Source: Gemmatimonadales bacterium (GTDB taxonomy: Bacteria > Gemmatimonadota > Gemmatimonadetes > Gemmatimonadales > GWC2-71-9). From it: a stretch of DNA of 64,000 nt. The notes below the pieces were generated by a model, which saw only the letters and a list, made by a program, of their open reading frames with translations, was not told the origin of the DNA and made no database searches. Within the stretch, counting starts at the first letter, position 1. Every line of letters begins with the position of its first letter. The stretch is taken from the NCBI GenBank assembly GCA_965249575.1, contig OZ252244.1:1088001-1152000 (forward strand), given 5' to 3'. The translations under genes and the position numbers were made by a program. Below, one piece after another: positions 59,341 through 64,000 of this stretch.

Positions 59341-59813
59341 AGCATCCCGTGCTGGCGAACTGCTCCTGGCCGGAAAACCTTGGCGGCCTATGCTGCACCA
59401 CCCTAAGTGGGATATCCCCGGCAGCTTATGTGGCTCTGGACCAATTGGTCCCCTTTGCTGGTAACGGGCCGCTGGACTCAGCCAGCCCCCGTCCTATCTT
59501 CCCGCGTTTCACACGCCGTGGGATGGCGTTTCCACGCGCGAGAGGGGCATTCCGAGGGTGTTCGCGGCGATGACCCTGAAGCCGTCCAGGAGGTAGCTGC
59601 ACCAAACGAATACACGGGCGTCTGGGTGAGCAACGAGCCGCTGGACATCAACGAGGGTGCGGCCGGTGACGTACTGCTCTCCGTTCCATACCTCCCCGCC
59701 GGCCTGGAGACACTACCCGGCGGAACACAGCCATCCGTAGATTCAGGGGTTCTCGCTCGCTGTGATCCCCCTGGGTAGCGAGCTCGACGACTGAACCGAG
59801 GACATTCATTGTC

Positions 59814-60836
59814 ATGCTAGCCACCACACTCGCGGTCGCCGCGTTGCTGACACAGGATATGTCTTGGGATGTCGCGGCCTTCCTGCGAAACCACATCGAC
59901 TTCTCCGAGTCCCAGCTTCGACAACTCACTCGCGGAGAGATCGTAGCGAAGATGCTCACGTCCGAAAGCAACCGCGAGATCGCCCTGTTCGCCGCTGCCC
60001 GAATCGCCGTACCGCGAACGCAGGCGTTCACCCAGCTTCGCAACGTTGAGACCCTCATAGGAAGCGAGTACCTGACACAGTTTGGAGAGTTCAGTCGTCC
60101 GCCCGTCGCGTCGGACCTCAAGGATCTGGAGATCGCGCCGGGAGACCTGGATGCCCTGCGCGAGTGTCGGCTTGCCGATTGTGATGTGAACGTCTCCGCC
60201 ACCGTGATCAACGAACTCCGGGCACTCGACTGGTCGTCGCCCGGCATCCGTGCCCCCGTGACGGATTTCGTTCGCCGCCACCTGCTCGACTATGTGCGCA
60301 ACTACCTGACCAACGGAGTCGGCGCGCTCATTGTCTATCAGCACAAACCTGAGCCCCTTGCCCTCGCGGACGGGTTTCAGTTCCTGCTCGAGGAGTCGCC
60401 CTACGTATTCGAGTACGTGCCCGAACTGCACCGGCATCTCCAAGAGTTTCCGGATTGGCAGTCACCCAATGCGCGGGACATGCTCTTCTGGGCGGTGGAG
60501 GAGTTTGGTCTGCGACCGTTGTCGACGGTGACGCATGTTACCATCTATGATCCGCCAGCTGGGAGCGTGCAAGCAAGCGCGATCGCCCTGAAGCGGATCT
60601 ACGCCAGCCACTACTTCCACGCGGGGTTCACGGTGGTCGGGCTGGTCGATTACCTCACGAGCGGGGACGGTGAGGGCACGGTATTGCTCTACCTCGATCG
60701 ATCACTGTTCGACACGAAGGTGGGCGGCATCAAGCGACGGGTGGCCGAAAGTCAGCTGCGAGACAACCTGCGGAGTCGGTTACAGGCCATGCGCCGAGCA
60801 CTAGAGGGAGCTCGGGGCGAACAGGAGGCCCGGTAG
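59814..60836 (+). CDS. Secreted hypothetical protein
   Basis: signal peptide; conserved-looking C..ADC, FGLRP, IYASHYF. Confidence 0.75.
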   Translation: MLATTLAVAALLTQDMSWDVAAFLRNHIDFSESQLRQLTRGEIVAKMLTSESNREIALFAAARIAVPRTQAFTQLRNVETLIGSEYLTQFGEFSRPPVASDLKDLEIAPGDLDALRECRLADCDVNVSATVINELRALDWSSPGIRAPVTDFVRRHLLDYVRNYLTNGVGALIVYQHKPEPLALADGFQFLLEESPYVFEYVPELHRHLQEFPDWQSPNARDMLFWAVEEFGLRPLSTVTHVTIYDPPAGSVQASAIALKRIYASHYFHAGFTVVGLVDYLTSGDGEGTVLLYLDRSLFDTKVGGIKRRVAESQLRDNLRSRLQAMRRALEGARGEQEAR

Positions 60837-60933
60837 GCTGGCGAACATCACGAGAGCCGCAATGGGCTCGTAAGGCCGGGAAGGCCTCGTCCACCCGGAG
60901 TGACTAGTCCCTGTCCCGCTGATTGGCCTAGAA

Positions 60934-61434
60934 TCAGCCCTCTTTTCGCCACACCTCCCACGTCCCGGTCTGTCGCTCACCACTCACCGAGTGATAGGTG
61001 TTGAACGTGCCCTCGATCTTGCCCCCTTCGAGTGCACCCTGGAACGTCGTCGCCAACACGCATCCACACACGGGGTCACGATAGGGAGCTAGCCGCCCGC
61101 TGACCGTGTTGCTCTCGGCCCGAACAAACTCGATCGTCAGCACCTGTGGGACGGGGTTCGCCTCCCGAGCCTGGGGGGCGTATTCCATGGCTTCATCGGA
61201 GCCGGCAGGAATCATGACCACGTCGCCGCGGGCGGTATCCGCACCGGCCGTGAGCGTGAACACAATGCTCCCGCTCCGACCAGAGGCTCGACTGACGTAG
61301 ATACCGCTCCATTCGCCCACGAGGGCACTCATGCCTGCCTCATCGGCGAGGACTGGTATTGGAGCCGGGTTGCTGAAACAGGCTGTGACCACCACGCCTG
61401 TCCCGAGGGTCGCACAAAGGCGTGACGACATCAT
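60934..61434 (-). CDS. Hypothetical lipoprotein
   Basis: VTAC; LVGEWSG.Y, RSGSI.F, PYRDPVCGC. Confidence 0.72.
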   Translation of the reverse strand: MMSSRLCATLGTGVVVTACFSNPAPIPVLADEAGMSALVGEWSGIYVSRASGRSGSIVFTLTAGADTARGDVVMIPAGSDEAMEYAPQAREANPVPQVLTIEFVRAESNTVSGRLAPYRDPVCGCVLATTFQGALEGGKIEGTFNTYHSVSGERQTGTWEVWRKEG

Positions 61435-61757
61435 GAGCACGCTCCCGGAGTAAGCCCTGAGTCTCGTCGGAGGAGCTGTCTTCCACCGACATGCTTGGGT
61501 AACCATGTTGCAGAGGCTTCCAAGGCCATGAATGCCTCGGGGAGCTCGGCAGCTGCCGGTGCGGTCTTGCTGCCTCACGGGCGACATTCGTCATCCGTGG
61601 TCGGCCCTGTCCTCCAGCGATCGTGAGAACACGAGGGCTGTCCTCCTTCAGCACTGGGGGAACACCCGGGGGGCGCCGGCAGTTGACAGAATGGTGAGGC
61701 GTCTGATTCTCGGACATGCGTGCTCGCTGGATGATCCATGTGCTGTCCCCGCAACAT

Positions 61758-61976
61758 TCACTCCGAGCGTCCACTGACGAAGAGATACCGCCGGCAAACG
61801 GCGCAGCGCACCAGGATCCGCAACTTCCGGGTCCTCTCATCTGTGACCGGGCCATGAAAGCTCAGCCGACCGTTGCACCGCGGGCAGGCGACGTCCACAC
61901 CGGGCGACCGTGCCTGCGTGCGAATCCGCTCCGCTTCCTGGGGTGAGAACGCTGCGTCCGTATCGCGCTCCGCCAC
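61758..61976 (-). CDS. Zn-ribbon small protein 1
   Basis: CPRC...CAVC; paralog of the next two ORFs. Confidence 0.75.
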   Translation of the reverse strand: MAERDTDAAFSPQEAERIRTQARSPGVDVACPRCNGRLSFHGPVTDERTRKLRILVRCAVCRRYLFVSGRSE

Positions 61977-62098
61977 GGACCCACATCCCTCATTTAACTC
62001 TCAGGCAAATGTGCGACCGAGGCACGGGAGCTGGCAATCGGGAATCTCCTAGGCCACTGCTGCGCCGGTCCTTCGGTCCGCTGGTCTCCGCGCCAAGG

Positions 62099-62317
62099 TC
62101 AGGTATGTGCTCCGGTGACAAAGACCTGACGGTGGCAGGTGGCACACCGCACGGTGATCACGGCCATCCGAGTGGCGCGTCGTACGACGGGTTTTTCGAC
62201 ACTCATCGGATCACCGCAGCGCGGACATTCCACGCCGCTCCCAGTGGTGAGCACTATGCGGCGAATCCGAGCCGCCTCCCCTTTTGAGTATGCTGCGTAG
62301 GTATCACCCTCGGTCAC
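62099..62317 (-). CDS. Zn-ribbon small protein 2
   Basis: CPRC...CATC. Confidence 0.75.
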   Translation of the reverse strand: MTEGDTYAAYSKGEAARIRRIVLTTGSGVECPRCGDPMSVEKPVVRRATRMAVITVRCATCHRQVFVTGAHT

Positions 62318-62425
62318 CGAGGCTCACCCCTTGTCGACGCCGCCGCCGAGGCGCGGAAGCTGGCTATCGGAAAAACCCCTCCCCCGCCGCTCCCCCGGCT
62401 CGTGCCGGGCATGGGAGAGGGAGAG

Positions 62426-62689
62426 CTAGTGGCCCAGTGTTTTCGGTTGCACCACGACGGGCTTCCCGCGCAATGGGTCACCAGGCAAATCGCTAACGAG
62501 ATAGCGCCGGCAGGTCGCGCAGCGGGCCAGGATACGCAACTTCCGGGTCCGCTCGTCCGGGACGGGGCCGTGAAAGCTCAGCCGGCCGCCGCAACGCGGA
62601 CAGACCACGCCTGTCCCGGGCATGGCTGCCTGCTCGCGAACGCGCTCGGCTTCTTGTACCGAGAACGCCGAGTCGGTTGTGCGCTCCAC
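62426..62689 (-). CDS. Zn-ribbon small protein 3
   Basis: CPRC...CATC; AGGAG RBS. Confidence 0.75.
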   Translation of the reverse strand: MERTTDSAFSVQEAERVREQAAMPGTGVVCPRCGGRLSFHGPVPDERTRKLRILARCATCRRYLVSDLPGDPLRGKPVVVQPKTLGH

Positions 62690-62829
62690 CGGTGCACTCC
62701 TAGTCAACGAAGGAGATTGTGCAACCGATGTTACGGCGGCGCCATCGGGGAAACCCCGAACGACACCATGGGGGTGGGCCCCACCCCCAACACGCAGTGT
62801 GGCCAGCTCGCCCTATCGCAGGTAACGGG

Positions 62830-63102
62830 TCAGCTAAGTCCGCCACCGTGCCGCTCAAGCCCCAGCGTCACGGCCGCAATGCAGCGGTCGCGCAGATGGT
62901 CGGTGATCTCCGCGCTTCGCGTGAGGGGCCCGAGGATCGTGAGCAAGCGGACGCCCAGCCGGCCCCGGAACGCCTCAGGCTGCGTGCCCCAGTACAACTC
63001 CACTAGGTCGGCGACCCGCTCGTCCCGCGGACCCTTCATCAGAAGGAACTCGTCCGGTAGACCCCAGGCATGGGTCCGATCCGGATCGCTGAGCGGCGCC
63101 AT
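62830..63102 (-). CDS. Unknown ~90-aa helical protein, paralog 3
   Basis: MAPLSDPDR..A..LPDEF...AEITDHLRDRCIAAV. Confidence 0.75.
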   Translation of the reverse strand: MAPLSDPDRTHAWGLPDEFLLMKGPRDERVADLVELYWGTQPEAFRGRLGVRLLTILGPLTRSAEITDHLRDRCIAAVTLGLERHGGGLS

Positions 63103-63140
63103 GCCATCCAGGATGGATCACGATACTCCTGCCAGATAGG

Positions 63141-63176
63141 GCGCTCTTGGGACACCAGGATGCGCGGTTGGGACAC
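63141..63176 (-). promoter_or_regulatory. TGTCCC direct-repeat box (21-bp period)
   Basis: TGTCCCAACCGCG-N8-TGTCCCAAGAGCGC, 47 bp upstream of paralog 3. Confidence 0.6.
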
Positions 63177-63224
63177 GAGTGTGTGCGATCGTGTCCCCCC
63201 CAGGTATCCGCATGGCGTCGTCCT

Positions 63225-63764
63225 TTACGATTCCCGCGTGAACTCCACGCTCCATTGCCCATCGGGATCCGCCCACGTGTGGTGGTCCGCATCTGCCACA
63301 TGGAGCTGAGAGCGAATGAGCATTCCGGGACGGTTGAAGGGCGCGTCTGCCAGCGATGGTGAGAACGCCACCCGCCCGTTCTCCAGGCTCCCGCTGAGGG
63401 CAATGACTGCCGGGACATCATCGTAAAGCGCAACGTAAAAGAACCGATGGGTGAGGGGATCGTATCCGAGGTATCCCCGTCCGCGTTTTCCCGAGCCGTC
63501 AAACTCCTCCGACCACTCGAGGTGCAGCTCGGTCGACGTGGCCGTCACCACGCGGCGGCCGGTGGCGGGGCGCATACCAGCGGCGCCTGGTTGGGAGATC
63601 ATTGCGAAGCGCCATGTACCCGTGACATCCGCCAACACGGCCCGCGCCGTCTCCAACTCGGTCTCCCCACCTTGGCGCGCCTCGAGCTGGGCGGCGCCAT
63701 CGCTCGCCGAAGCGAGCGCGACCACCAAAGTAAGGACGAACAAGCAGAGGATGCGCGCTATCAT
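63225..63764 (-). CDS. Secreted beta-rich (DUF1579-like) protein
   Basis: signal peptide; GTW, GRGYLGYDP, EFTR. Confidence 0.65.
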   Translation of the reverse strand: MIARILCLFVLTLVVALASASDGAAQLEARQGGETELETARAVLADVTGTWRFAMISQPGAAGMRPATGRRVVTATSTELHLEWSEEFDGSGKRGRGYLGYDPLTHRFFYVALYDDVPAVIALSGSLENGRVAFSPSLADAPFNRPGMLIRSQLHVADADHHTWADPDGQWSVEFTRES

Positions 63765-63794
63765 TGCGGGTCTCCCTGAGGGACGTAGCATTTT

Positions 63795-64000
63795 CTAGCT
63801 CTCTGCGGCCTTCACTTCGGTATGCATCGCCCGCAGCCAACGCCCGTCTTCGAGGAACCACACACTTGTGCACAAGTATGTGCCGGAGAGATCCACCCCG
63901 TTCGAGATACCGCTGAGCGTCGCCGTGTACCGGATGAGGGCGAACTCGCGGCGGCCGATGTGGTCCACCCGCACATCGGAGAGATGAACGGACTGAAGTT
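63795..64000 (-). CDS. DUF4440/SnoaL-like protein, partial at the window edge
   Basis: LSDVRV..ALIRY...CTSVW...DGRW...H.E. Confidence 0.6.
   Translation of the reverse strand, partial: LQSVHLSDVRVDHIGRREFALIRYTATLSGISNGVDLSGTYLCTSVWFLEDGRWLRAMHTEVKAAES

Noticed and set aside
59500..59778. Gene fragment TGVWVSNEPLDINEGA.GDVLL
   Set aside because: Looks protein-like but has no clear start or family; too weak to call
1..64000. CRISPR array, tRNA, rRNA
   Set aside because: No regularly spaced identical repeats and no recognisable tRNA or rRNA sequence seen

Overview
High-GC bacterial window. The gene set (holB-moaC-slt-mltD block, many secreted/lipoprotein hypotheticals) suggests Gemmatimonadota, which is an inference. 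From left to right: an IS3-family element running off the left edge; a threonine/serine dehydratase; a deletion-riddled type II FAS/PKS-like island with a DUF1702 (UnbL-like) gene; PLP decarboxylase, SnoaL, S46 peptidase and DSD1-like genes; a his operon (hisG, hisC-HAD fusion, hisB, hisH, hisF, hisA-I-E fusion, no hisD) preceded by a His-rich leader peptide and terminator; core genes; and a TIGR04282/TIGR04283-DUF547-DedA-MerA-like cluster. Next comes the best candidate for an undescribed system: a RiPP-like operon of nucleotidyltransferase, HPrK-like kinase, PqqD/RRE, PRMT-like methyltransferase and an 81-aa Tat-like, YxxP-containing, His/Met-rich precursor, with no lasso cyclase or protease. 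The accessory region from about 38.5 kb holds a probable AhpD-like selenoprotein (in-frame TGA plus SECIS-like hairpin), three dispersed paralogs of an unknown ~90-aa helical protein, a recurrent 21-bp-spaced TGTCCCA box, three tandem Zn-ribbon genes, an 88-bp direct repeat bracketing a MazF pseudogene, a HEPN-like gene, and many truncations and frameshifts (decay or assembly error). All family calls are from motif recognition by eye; no database searches were run.
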